Part shown: in pieces, positions 1 through 8,289 of the stretch
Numbering within the stretch: position 1 is the first letter of the stretch
Layout: every line of letters begins with the position of its first letter
DNA from: an uncultured Planctomycetia bacterium
Lineage (GTDB): Bacteria; Omnitrophota; Gorgyraeia; Duberdicusellales; 4484-171
Assembly: GCA_964605645.1 (NCBI GenBank)
Contig: CAZSDJ010000007.1
Coordinates: forward strand, 1-24,000
Direction of reading: 5' to 3'
Length of the DNA: 24,000 bases
Position numbers and translations under genes: made by a program
Notes under the pieces: model-generated
Told to the model about the DNA's origin: nothing
Seen by the model: the letters and a program-made list of their open reading frames with translations, nothing else
The model's database searches: none

Positions 1-60
1 ACAAGGATCTCTCTTAAATATAAAGAACGAATATTAACTTATTATACGAGGAGGTTATAG

Positions 61-972
61 ATGAAAAGAGTTGTTAGTTTTGTTGGTTTATTTTTTCTTG
101 TTATAGCGATATCAACGAGCGGGGTTTATTCGCAAGATTTGAGCGGGCCGAAGAAAACAGTTGCGGTTGTCAAGTTTGAAAATGCATCCGGTTTTCGTAG
201 TTATGTTAATCTAGGTAACGATTTTACCACTCAACTTACTGACGCTTTGGTTCAATCGGGCCAATTTACCGTTTTATCGAGGACAGAATTGGCTGAAGTC
301 TTCGGTGAGCAAGATTTAGCTGCCTCCGGCAGAATGGCAAAGTCGTTAACTGCTCAAAAAGGGAAAGCAATTCCTGCTCAAATTTTAGTTACCGGAAAAA
401 TTACAGAATTCCAAAAAGGTACAGAAGGCGGTTCGCAAGGGATCAGCATTAGCGGGATAAGTATCGGCGGCTCTAAGTCAACTGCTCATATTGCCGTGAT
501 TGTGCAAATTATTGACTCAACAACAGGCCAGGTCTTAGACTCAAAGCGAGTGGAGGGGAAAGCCGAAGCCGGTGGCTTTAGCATCGGCTATAGCGGTTCT
601 TTTAATATTGGAACTTCCAGCTTTAAAAAGACCCCTCTAGGAAAGGCAACTCAAATTGCAATTGATCGGGCGGTAGATTATATAGCGAGCGAACTTTCCG
701 GGGTACCTTGGAAAGGGAGAGTGGTTACGGTAAAAGACGGTGTAGTCTATGTTAATTCCGGTTCAAATGCCGGGATAGATTCGGGGACGACTTTTGCAGT
801 TTGGCGCAAAGGAGAAAGTTTAACTGATCCTGAAACTGGTATTGAGTTAGGTTCGGAGAAGGAAAAGATAGCCGATATTCAAATTACAGAAGTGTATCCT
901 AAATATTCAAAAGCGAAAATAGTGATGGGGGATGCATCTGCAATTCAGCGGTCTGATTTGGTACTTAAATAA
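61..972 (+). CDS. CsgG/HfaB-family outer-membrane-associated protein with signal peptide
   Basis: N-terminal hydrophobic signal sequence; 'KTVAVVKFENASG...LTDALVQSGQFTVLSRTELAEV' and 'ILVTGKITEF' resemble the CsgG/HfaB family; strong RBS gaggaggt upstream. Confidence 0.75.
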   Translation: MKRVVSFVGLFFLVIAISTSGVYSQDLSGPKKTVAVVKFENASGFRSYVNLGNDFTTQLTDALVQSGQFTVLSRTELAEVFGEQDLAASGRMAKSLTAQKGKAIPAQILVTGKITEFQKGTEGGSQGISISGISIGGSKSTAHIAVIVQIIDSTTGQVLDSKRVEGKAEAGGFSIGYSGSFNIGTSSFKKTPLGKATQIAIDRAVDYIASELSGVPWKGRVVTVKDGVVYVNSGSNAGIDSGTTFAVWRKGESLTDPETGIELGSEKEKIADIQITEVYPKYSKAKIVMGDASAIQRSDLVLK

Positions 973-987
973 GAAGAGGAGGTTTAA

Positions 988-1176
988 ATGCGATTATTGA
1001 TTATTTTACTGGTAAGTTTTCTTGCTTTGGCAGGTTGTGCAAAGGTAAAAGAAGGGGCAAAAGAAGTAGGCAAGCCCGTAGGAAAAACTATGGATACGAT
1101 GGGTGGTTTGTCTGAAGGAGCTGTTGAAGGCTATTCAGATACAGGCAAAGAACAGCCTAATCCTTACGATAGATAA
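988..1176 (+). CDS. Small putative lipoprotein
   Basis: MRLLIILLVSFLALAGC lipobox; aggaggt RBS upstream. Confidence 0.7.
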   Translation: MRLLIILLVSFLALAGCAKVKEGAKEVGKPVGKTMDTMGGLSEGAVEGYSDTGKEQPNPYDR

Positions 1177-1184
1177 TAATATTT

Positions 1185-1655
1185 ATGAAAGAAATTCCTG
1201 ATAATGTAATTCAATTATTAAAAGAAAGAGGTTATGTTATTGTTTCTACTTTAGATAATAACGGGGGTATTCATTGCTCTGCCAAAGGGGTGGTTGAAGT
1301 AAAAAAGAAAGGGGAAGTCTATTTGATAGATCTTTATAAACAAATTACCTATAACAATTTAAAACGAAATCCTACAATCAGTATTACTGCAATCGATGAG
1401 CATCAGTTTATTGGATTTACTTTAAAGGGAAAAGCAAATATTGTAAAAAGAGATAAAATAGAAAATGAATCAATTAAGCAGTGGGAGCAAAAGATAGTGG
1501 AAAGAATATCAAAACGGGTTATTAAAAATGTGAAAAGAGATAGAGGATCCATTAAACACCCTGAATCCAGATTTCCTCAGCCTGAATATTTAATCGAAAT
1601 GACTGTAGCCCAAATTATAGACTTAACTCCTTCCCACCTAAAAGGGCCAGTTTAA
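1185..1655 (+). CDS. Pyridoxamine 5'-phosphate oxidase-like (FMN-binding split barrel) family protein
   Basis: 'GYVIVSTLDNNGGIHCSAKGVVEV...GEVYLIDLYKQITYNNLKRNPTISITAID' resembles the PNPOx-like fold. Confidence 0.6.
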   Translation: MKEIPDNVIQLLKERGYVIVSTLDNNGGIHCSAKGVVEVKKKGEVYLIDLYKQITYNNLKRNPTISITAIDEHQFIGFTLKGKANIVKRDKIENESIKQWEQKIVERISKRVIKNVKRDRGSIKHPESRFPQPEYLIEMTVAQIIDLTPSHLKGPV

Positions 1656-1660
1656 AATTA

Positions 1661-2902
1661 ATGATTTATAATATTTTTATTTTTATAGTGCTGCTTGGTC
1701 TTTCCGCTTTTTTTTCGGCCTCAGAAACTGCTATTTTTTCTTTAAGTAAATTAAATTTACGCAATTTAAAACAAGAGCATAAAGGGGCTAAAACAATAAA
1801 GAGGTTGCTTGAAAAACCTACCCGCTTGCTTTCTGTGATTGTGTTTGGCAATCTTTTATTTAATATCGGCATATCTTCGTTGTCAACTGCTATTTTTGTA
1901 AAATTCTTCGGGCCGAAAGGTTTAATTTTTGCAATTATTTTCAGCGGCCTGGCGATACTTTTTCTTGGTGAAATATTTCCGAAAATATTTGCAATTTATG
2001 CTGCCAAAGAATTTTCTTTGCTTGCTTCATCGGTGTTAAATATTTTTTCGAAAATATTTTTTCCTTTGATAATTGGTACGGAAAAAATTGTAGATTATTT
2101 TTCTAATCTTTTCATAAAAATTCCAAAAAGAAAAAACAAGGCAGACCAAGAATTTAAAACCGCTCTTTTATTAAGTAAAAAAGGCGGCCACATATCAGAA
2201 GCAGAAGAAGAAATGATTTCATATGTGCTAGAGTTTAAAGAAACTAGTGCCGGAGAAATTTTAACCGCGCGAGTTGACACAAAAGGGATAGAAATAAATT
2301 CTTCCCAAGAAGAGGTTTTGTCATTATTGCGAAAATTTAAACACTCTAAATTACCGGTTTATGAAGAATCTTTAGATAACGTCAAAGGAATAATTTATGC
2401 CAAAGATGTGTTTCTTGACCCAAATAAAGATTGGCATACTTTTATAAAAAAACCTATTTTTATCCCGGAAAGTAAAAAAATTGATGATATTTTAGATTTA
2501 TTTTTAGCGAAAAAAACAAATATTGCAATTGTGCTCGATGAATATGGCGGCAGCGAAGGGATGCTTACCTTAGAAGATATTACAGAAGAGATATTTGGCG
2601 AAATTTATGATGAATTTGAAAGCGTGCAAGAACCAGTCGCAGAAATTGGAAAAAATAGTTGGCGGGTTTACGGAAAAACACCGATAAAAACAGTAAATAT
2701 TGAACTAGATTTAGAAATTCCCGAAGAGGAAGATACTCTGGCGGGATTTTTATTAGAAAAAGCGGAAAAAATACCGAAATCAGGAGAGATTTTTCAGTTT
2801 AATATCCCGAAAAGTTCTACCGGCCGGCCGGAAAAAGTAGAATTTAAAATTGAACGGGCAACAGTAAGGCGGATTGTAACTGTAATTATCTCTATAAAAT
2901 GA
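1661..2902 (+). CDS. Hemolysin C / CorC-like CNNM transmembrane + tandem CBS + transporter-associated domain protein
   Basis: 'FSASETAIFSLSKLNLRNLK' CNNM motif, CBS segment, 'NIAIVLDEYGGSEGMLTLEDITEEIFGEIYDE' and a CorC_HlyC-like C-terminus. Confidence 0.9.
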   Translation: MIYNIFIFIVLLGLSAFFSASETAIFSLSKLNLRNLKQEHKGAKTIKRLLEKPTRLLSVIVFGNLLFNIGISSLSTAIFVKFFGPKGLIFAIIFSGLAILFLGEIFPKIFAIYAAKEFSLLASSVLNIFSKIFFPLIIGTEKIVDYFSNLFIKIPKRKNKADQEFKTALLLSKKGGHISEAEEEMISYVLEFKETSAGEILTARVDTKGIEINSSQEEVLSLLRKFKHSKLPVYEESLDNVKGIIYAKDVFLDPNKDWHTFIKKPIFIPESKKIDDILDLFLAKKTNIAIVLDEYGGSEGMLTLEDITEEIFGEIYDEFESVQEPVAEIGKNSWRVYGKTPIKTVNIELDLEIPEEEDTLAGFLLEKAEKIPKSGEIFQFNIPKSSTGRPEKVEFKIERATVRRIVTVIISIK

Positions 2903-2903
2903 C

Positions 2904-3863
2904 ATGATTTACCTATATATATTAACTTCTATTTTATTTTTTCTGTTATCAGGCTTTTTTTCCGCCTCAGAAATTGCTTTTATTTCTTCCAGTAAAATTA
3001 GTTTACGCCACAAAAAAGAAAGAAAGCAAAAAGGGGCTGCTCAAGCATACAGCTATCTTTTAAACCCGGACCGGCTGCTGACAACTATTTTAATTGGGGT
3101 TAACCTTTCCAATGTTTTAAGCGCCAGCATTCTCACTTTTTTATTAATTAATTTTGGCGTTGGAAAAAGTAATTTATGGATAACTTTTCTGTTTACTCCG
3201 CTTGTAGTTGTGTTTGCGGATTTGGTACCAAAAAATGTGGGGAGATTTTACCGGGAAGATTTTAGTTGTAAGACTGTTGGATTAATAAAATTATTTGAAA
3301 TTTTATTTTTCCCTTTAATTAAGCTTACTGTTTTTATAAATTTTTTATTTAAAAAGATTTTTTTAAAAAAGAAAAATAAAATTTCCTTTTTTGTGACTAA
3401 AGAAGAGATAAGGTTTTTAGCCCAACAAATTCAACAAGAAGGAGAAATTGATTTTGGCGAAAGAAGAGCTATTGAGGAAGTATTTGAATTTAAAGAAAAT
3501 AAGGTAAAAGATTTTTGTGTGAAAAGAAGAAAAATAGTAGGGTTTGACTATACAGATTCAGAACAAGTGTTACTGGCAACAGTTAAGAAATATAATTTTG
3601 ACCGTTATCCGGTTTATAAGAATAAAGAAATTATAGGTTACATCACTATTTATGATTTATTTTATAATCCGGATAAAAATTGGCGAAAACTAATCCGGCC
3701 GATTACAAAAATCGGGATTAGCCAAAAACTTTATCAAACCTTTTCAATTTTGCAGAAGAAAAAAGAAAATATTGCTTTAGTTTTAAAAGGAAATAAAGTT
3801 TACGGGATGATTACCCTCGAAGATCTAACCCGCGAAATACTCACCTCAATCATTGAAATCTAA
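2904..3863 (+). CDS. Second CNNM/CBS domain protein, lacking the CorC_HlyC C-terminal domain
   Basis: 'FFSASEIAFISSSKISLRHKK' and 'NIALVLKGNKVYGMITLEDLTREILTSIIEI*'; starts 1 nt after the upstream stop. Confidence 0.88.
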   Translation: MIYLYILTSILFFLLSGFFSASEIAFISSSKISLRHKKERKQKGAAQAYSYLLNPDRLLTTILIGVNLSNVLSASILTFLLINFGVGKSNLWITFLFTPLVVVFADLVPKNVGRFYREDFSCKTVGLIKLFEILFFPLIKLTVFINFLFKKIFLKKKNKISFFVTKEEIRFLAQQIQQEGEIDFGERRAIEEVFEFKENKVKDFCVKRRKIVGFDYTDSEQVLLATVKKYNFDRYPVYKNKEIIGYITIYDLFYNPDKNWRKLIRPITKIGISQKLYQTFSILQKKKENIALVLKGNKVYGMITLEDLTREILTSIIEI

Positions 3864-3902
3864 ATAGTGAAAAGCTTGTTAGTTTGTGCAGGGTGTACCC
3901 TT

Positions 3903-3939
3903 ATAGACGTCCTACTTTCGTTAAATATAGGACGTCTAT
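3903..3939. repeat. 12-bp perfect inverted repeat (ATAGACGTCCTA / TAGGACGTCTAT) with 13-nt spacer
   Basis: Arms read directly at 3903-3914 and 3928-3939. Confidence 0.9.
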
Positions 3940-4030
3940 CTATTAGTATGGGCAGTTTAAGACAATATTTATAAGTCGTTGGGGTCTAAATAGATGCAAG
4001 GGTAAGGACCGTCCCCTTATGTGCCCTTAA

Positions 4031-4096
4031 ATCTATGGGATTGTGACCTTAGAAGACCTTACCCGGGAAATTCTTACCTCGATTGTCAAAATTTAA
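4031..4096 (+). pseudogene. C-terminal remnant of a third CNNM/CBS protein
   Basis: Open frame atc tat ggg att gtg acc tta gaa ... att taa translates to IYGIVTLEDLTREILTSIVKI*, nearly matching the C-terminus of the 2904-3863 ORF (VYGMITLEDLTREILTSIIEI*). Confidence 0.75.
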
Positions 4097-4115
4097 GGTT
4101 AGTTATAAACAGATT

Positions 4116-4943
4116 TTATTTATCTTGATAGGCCTTTTTAAAGGATTCATCTAAAGGTTGAGTTTTTCTAATTTTGTAATTTTCTTTTTCTATCTCTTTT
4201 TTCATCTTTTTTATTCTATTTTCCGGATGGGGGTGGGTAGAGAAAAAATAAGCGAATTTAGGTAGCTTCTTTTTCTTTTGCAACTTTTTTAAAAAAGGGA
4301 TTGAGCCGGCTACATTTCCGTATTTTTTATCTAACAGCCTTAGTGCAAAAAGATCGGCTTGTACTTCTTGTTTTTGAGAAAATTTCATGTCAGTGTTTTG
4401 AATTATTCTGGATAAAAAATTTGTTACTGAACTATCTTGACCGAAAAAAGCTACTGAAAGCGTAAAAAACACCAGGCTTCTCCCGAGCTTTTTTAAATGG
4501 TCTTTGTGGGCAAAATGGCCCAGTTCATGGGCTAAGATAAAAGAGAGCTCGTTTTTCGAATCTATCTCTTTTAATAACTCCGAAAAAATTACAATGTTAT
4601 TTCCGGGATAAGCCATGGTATTGGCTTGTTTACTTTCTGTGACATATACTTTATATTTATCTTTATTACTGCCGGTTGCGGCAATCAATTCATTAAGCAT
4701 TTTTTGAATTTTTTTATTATGTTTTTTCTCCAAGCCTTGCAACGGTGTTTTATAAATTTTAGCTATTTTTTTTTCTACTTCTTTAGGAATATGCATGGCG
4801 ACGATATCTACAGCAAAACCCAGGCCGATATAAATTATTAGAATAATAATCAGAAGAGAAAGAAGAAGCGAGATTATGCTTTTAAGGGGAGATTTTTCAG
4901 TTATATTTACGTTGCCTTTTAATTCTTTTGGCTTGTATTTCAT
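4116..4943 (-). CDS. M48 family membrane metalloprotease
   Basis: 'LSFILAHELGHFAHKDH' HExxH zinc motif, N-terminal TM helix and 'QADLFALRLLDKKYG'. Confidence 0.88.
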   Translation of the reverse strand: MKYKPKELKGNVNITEKSPLKSIISLLLSLLIIILIIYIGLGFAVDIVAMHIPKEVEKKIAKIYKTPLQGLEKKHNKKIQKMLNELIAATGSNKDKYKVYVTESKQANTMAYPGNNIVIFSELLKEIDSKNELSFILAHELGHFAHKDHLKKLGRSLVFFTLSVAFFGQDSSVTNFLSRIIQNTDMKFSQKQEVQADLFALRLLDKKYGNVAGSIPFLKKLQKKKKLPKFAYFFSTHPHPENRIKKMKKEIEKENYKIRKTQPLDESFKKAYQDK

Positions 4944-4955
4944 AGAATACGGATT

Positions 4956-5564
4956 TTAGAGCATAAGGAGAATGACAAGAATCAAGACGATGGCAGCAAT
5001 TGCTAAAACAATATAAGTAAAAATACCTACCTTTTCTTTTTTTATCTTTTTTTCTTTAGAAGAGGCTATTTTTTGTTCTACTTCAGGCGGTTTTTCAACT
5101 TCTCTTAAGGAGGCCGGCCCCTCTAGATGGACGGCAGTACCATAGGCTAAAACTTCACTGCAGCCAACACCGCTTCCTTTTTTAGATTTTCCTAAGGTGG
5201 AGGTCTCAATCCTGGTGTTTAAAATTATATTTGCTTCTCTGGCTGATTCTTTCATTCTAAGGATAGCTTCCCTTCTGCCTCTATCCAATACAGATTCGAA
5301 AGCATAAACTTCGCCTCCAAATACTTTCTTTAGCCCTCCCCAAAATAACTTAAAATAATCTATTGAAACCACAATACTGCCGTAAACCATTTGAGAAGAT
5401 TTTATTTTTTGACCTTCTTCAAGGAAATTTTTCGCTGAAATGGCTGGTAGATGGAGGAACTCCTTTTCCCGTTTTTTTATTTCAAGATAATGTTTTTTCT
5501 CAATTAATTTTGTTCCAATAAGGTAGGCTCCGGCAAGCAAAATAGCAAAGATTAGTAGGTCCAT
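4956..5564 (-). CDS. Membrane-anchored YbjQ/UPF0145-like heavy-metal-binding-domain protein
   Basis: 'SIDYFKLFWGGLKKVFGGEVYAFESVLDRGRREAILRMKESAREANIILNTRIETS' resembles the YbjQ fold; hydrophobic segments at both termini. Confidence 0.65.
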   Translation of the reverse strand: MDLLIFAILLAGAYLIGTKLIEKKHYLEIKKREKEFLHLPAISAKNFLEEGQKIKSSQMVYGSIVVSIDYFKLFWGGLKKVFGGEVYAFESVLDRGRREAILRMKESAREANIILNTRIETSTLGKSKKGSGVGCSEVLAYGTAVHLEGPASLREVEKPPEVEQKIASSKEKKIKKEKVGIFTYIVLAIAAIVLILVILLML

Positions 5565-5582
5565 TTATCTCCCCCTCCTAAT

Positions 5583-5897
5583 TTACTCAGCCTTTACGGC
5601 TGTTCCATAAACATATAGTTCTGAAGCCCCTTGGGTTATAGACGAAGTTGAGAAACGAACGTTGATTATGGCGTTTGCGCCTAACTGTTTTGCTTGTTGG
5701 CTCATTCTTTCTAAGGCTTGGTTTCTTGCGCCTTCAAGAAGTTTAGTATAGCCTTTTAGTTCTCCGCCGACCATATTTTTAAGCCCAGCTGCCATATCAG
5801 CTCCAATATGGCGTGCTTTTACAGTTGAGCCCGAAACAAGACCGTAGTGTTCAACAATTTTTTTGCCGGGAATCGATTCTACATTAGTTAGAATCAT
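5583..5897 (-). CDS. YbjQ/UPF0145-family protein
   Basis: 'GKKIVEHYGLVSGSTVKARHIGADMAAGLKNMVGGELKGYTKLLEGARNQALERMSQQAKQLGANAIINVRFSTS' is characteristic. Confidence 0.85.
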   Translation of the reverse strand: MILTNVESIPGKKIVEHYGLVSGSTVKARHIGADMAAGLKNMVGGELKGYTKLLEGARNQALERMSQQAKQLGANAIINVRFSTSSITQGASELYVYGTAVKAE

Positions 5898-6480
5898 TGA
5901 CCACCTCCTTTAATTCTTTTGCATCTAAACAGGTAATACCTAATTTTTGAGCCCATTTTACCAATCCTTTATCTGAGGTAGCAAGGGAAGCTTCCAGTTC
6001 CTTGGCGACTAGGATCAAATCGAAATCTTCTTTACTGTCCAGGATGCCTTCACGAAGAGCAATTCTATATTCTTGGCGGGCGGATTGGATAAGCTCTTGG
6101 GTTTTTTGGCGGCTATCTTCTTCTCTTAAGGCGCGGCGGGTATATTTTTCAGTAATTCTTAAACCTTTATTTACCCGCAGGCGGGTTTCTTCGATGAATT
6201 CATAAAGCAAAAGGGCCGGAATCGAATCTTGGTAAGAAGCAGGAGATTTTTTTGTGATTAAAATATGTTTATCAGCCGGCAGTTCTTTAGTAAATTTGAT
6301 TAATTCTTCATAGACGGTAGGGGGGATATAACAATTAATGTTTTTTTTATCTGTTATGATTTTTATGAAGTTTTCCAGGGCTTGACGGGGACTTTTGCCA
6401 AAAAACTTACGGGAGTCAGGATTAACAAAAATACTGGTGTCTAACACAATTTTTTTAATTTGTTGAGCCATGTTAATCAT
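5884..6480 (-). CDS. PIN-domain protein of the 'RNA ligase partner, MJ_0950' type
   Basis: 'KKIVLDTSIFVNPDSRKFFGKSPRQALENFIKII...YIPPTVYEELIKF' and 'DLILVAKELEASLATSDKGLVKWAQKLG'; the start may be the Met at 6471. Confidence 0.75.
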   Translation of the reverse strand: MINMAQQIKKIVLDTSIFVNPDSRKFFGKSPRQALENFIKIITDKKNINCYIPPTVYEELIKFTKELPADKHILITKKSPASYQDSIPALLLYEFIEETRLRVNKGLRITEKYTRRALREEDSRQKTQELIQSARQEYRIALREGILDSKEDFDLILVAKELEASLATSDKGLVKWAQKLGITCLDAKELKEVVNDSN

Positions 6481-6544
6481 TGTAAAAGATAGAGATAAAA
6501 ATACAACTTATTTTTTTAAGCCTAATTTTAAAACACTTTTTTTG

Positions 6545-6573
6545 TTGACTTTTTAACTGGAGCAGGTTAAACT
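6545..6573 (+). promoter_or_regulatory. Candidate sigma70-like promoter of the ppiC-cpa operon
   Basis: TTGACT (6545-6550), 17-nt spacer, TAAACT (6568-6573), 34 bp before the ORF start. Confidence 0.4.
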
Positions 6574-6607
6574 ATAAGAAAGTTTTAAATATAAAAGGGA
6601 GGCAAAG

Positions 6608-7504
6608 ATGCGCAAGTATCAAACTTTGGTTTTAATTTTAGCTTTATTTTTAGTTGCCGGTTGTGATAAGATCATGCCGGTAACTTCCGCCCCGGAAAAA
6701 GACCAAGAACAAAAAGTGAGTACTACAATCAGAGGGCCATTGCTAGCTAAAGTTAACGGCTGGGCGATGGGGTTGGATGATTTTAGGCAACGTCTCGATG
6801 CTTTAAAAGCAATGATTCCGGAAGATCAACGCGGGCAAGAATTGGGCGTCGAAGATAAGAAAAATATTCTGCAAGAATTAGTGAATGTTCAAATTTTAGG
6901 AAAAGTTGCTAAAGAAAAAGGTTTAAATAAAGACAAAGATGTCCAAGAAGCTGTTGAAAATTTTAAAAATTCTTTGTTAGTGCAGAAATTAAGAGAAAAT
7001 ATTACAAAAGATGTAGTGGTGACTGATGCCGAAATAGAAAACTTTTATAATACCAACAAACTTGCTTTTCAAAAACCGGAAGAAAGAAGGGTCAGAGAAA
7101 TAGTAGCATCTTCTGAATCACAGGCAAAAAATATTTTAATCAGATTGTTACAGGGCGAAAATTTTTCTGTGTTAGCTAGAACTAATTCTATTTCCGAATC
7201 GGCATCACAAGGAGGGGATTTAGGTTATATCACTCCTCAGGCAGAGGAAAGATTTCAAAAATTTTGGGAAGCCGCTTTTACCACTGACAAAGGAGATACC
7301 TCCAATTATTTTAAAGGGCCGGAAGGTTATTATATAGTGAAAGTAGAGGATATCCGCGGCGGCGAAGCCCAGCCGTTAAGTGAAGTAAGAGATCAAATCA
7401 GCCAATACTTAAAGGCCCAGAAAGTGCAAACAAAAATTGAAGATTTAATTTACGAAGCAAAACAAAGGCTGAAAGTTACAATTAATGATTATTTGATAGA
7501 ATAA
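6608..7504 (+). CDS. SurA/PpiC-like peptidyl-prolyl isomerase lipoprotein
   Basis: Lipobox 'LFLVAGC'; SurA-N-like segment; 'EERRVREIVASSESQAKNILIRLLQGENFSVLARTNSISESASQGGDLGYITPQ' parvulin signature. Confidence 0.88.
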   Translation: MRKYQTLVLILALFLVAGCDKIMPVTSAPEKDQEQKVSTTIRGPLLAKVNGWAMGLDDFRQRLDALKAMIPEDQRGQELGVEDKKNILQELVNVQILGKVAKEKGLNKDKDVQEAVENFKNSLLVQKLRENITKDVVVTDAEIENFYNTNKLAFQKPEERRVREIVASSESQAKNILIRLLQGENFSVLARTNSISESASQGGDLGYITPQAEERFQKFWEAAFTTDKGDTSNYFKGPEGYYIVKVEDIRGGEAQPLSEVRDQISQYLKAQKVQTKIEDLIYEAKQRLKVTINDYLIE

Positions 7505-8289
7505 TGGATAAAAAAAAGTTAATAAATTTAGGGATTGGAGTAGTGCTGGCAATAATTGCGATTGTGATTATTAACGCCCGCCTTCAAGAAAGAGAAAATA
7601 TAATTCAGCGCCTTATTCAAGAAGGCAATGTGGCTCAAGTATTGGTGGCATCGCGTGATATCGAAAAAGGTGAAATGATCAGAGAGAATGTGTTGGGTTT
7701 TGTAAAAATTCGTTCAGAAAACCTTAAAAACAATGCCTTGCAATCGCCGGAGTCAGCAGTGGGGAAAATTGCCAGAGTCGATATTTTACGGAAGCAGGAA
7801 ATTTTATCAACTATGTTAGAACTTCCGGAAGGATCGCAAACACTTTCTCAAAAAACGCCTTCCGGGAAAAAAGCCTATACTATCTCTATTGATCAAATTT
7901 CAGCCGTGGGGGGGAATATCCGGCCGGGGAACAAAGTTGATGTGGTAAGCATAATGCAGCTTCCCCAAAATCAGGGCCAAACAGTTATGACTCTGTTTGA
8001 GGCGGCAAGAGTGCTTCAAATGGGCCAAGGCGGCAAGAACTTAGACAGTATTACTTTAGCCTTGACCAGCGAAGAAATAAAAGTTCTTACCTTTGCGCTG
8101 CAAAATGGACAAATCAAACTTGTACTTAGATCGCCTTTGGATGAACCGGAAGGAACAGCTTTTCAACCTTTTACCTATCAAACATTTATGCAAAAGATTT
8201 ATAATGCTATGGGAGTTAGCCCTCAAAGAGGGCCTGTTGAGCAAAAACCGGATGTTGAAATTTATCGCGGCGGGAGTTCAGGAGAGTAA
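7504..8289 (+). CDS. cpaB: Flp/Tad pilus assembly protein CpaB (RcpC)
   Basis: 'ILVASRDIEKGEMIRENVLGFVKI...GKIARVDILRKQEILSTML...GGNIRPGNKVDVVSIM' SAF/CpaB pattern; start codon overlaps the upstream stop. Confidence 0.88.
   Translation: MDKKKLINLGIGVVLAIIAIVIINARLQERENIIQRLIQEGNVAQVLVASRDIEKGEMIRENVLGFVKIRSENLKNNALQSPESAVGKIARVDILRKQEILSTMLELPEGSQTLSQKTPSGKKAYTISIDQISAVGGNIRPGNKVDVVSIMQLPQNQGQTVMTLFEAARVLQMGQGGKNLDSITLALTSEEIKVLTFALQNGQIKLVLRSPLDEPEGTAFQPFTYQTFMQKIYNAMGVSPQRGPVEQKPDVEIYRGGSSGE

Noticed and set aside
1666-2280. Minus-strand ORFs 1666..1872 and 2095..2280
   Set aside because: Antisense shadows of the CNNM/CBS gene.
4626-4841. Plus-strand ORF 4626..4841
   Set aside because: Antisense to the M48 protease gene; no supporting features.
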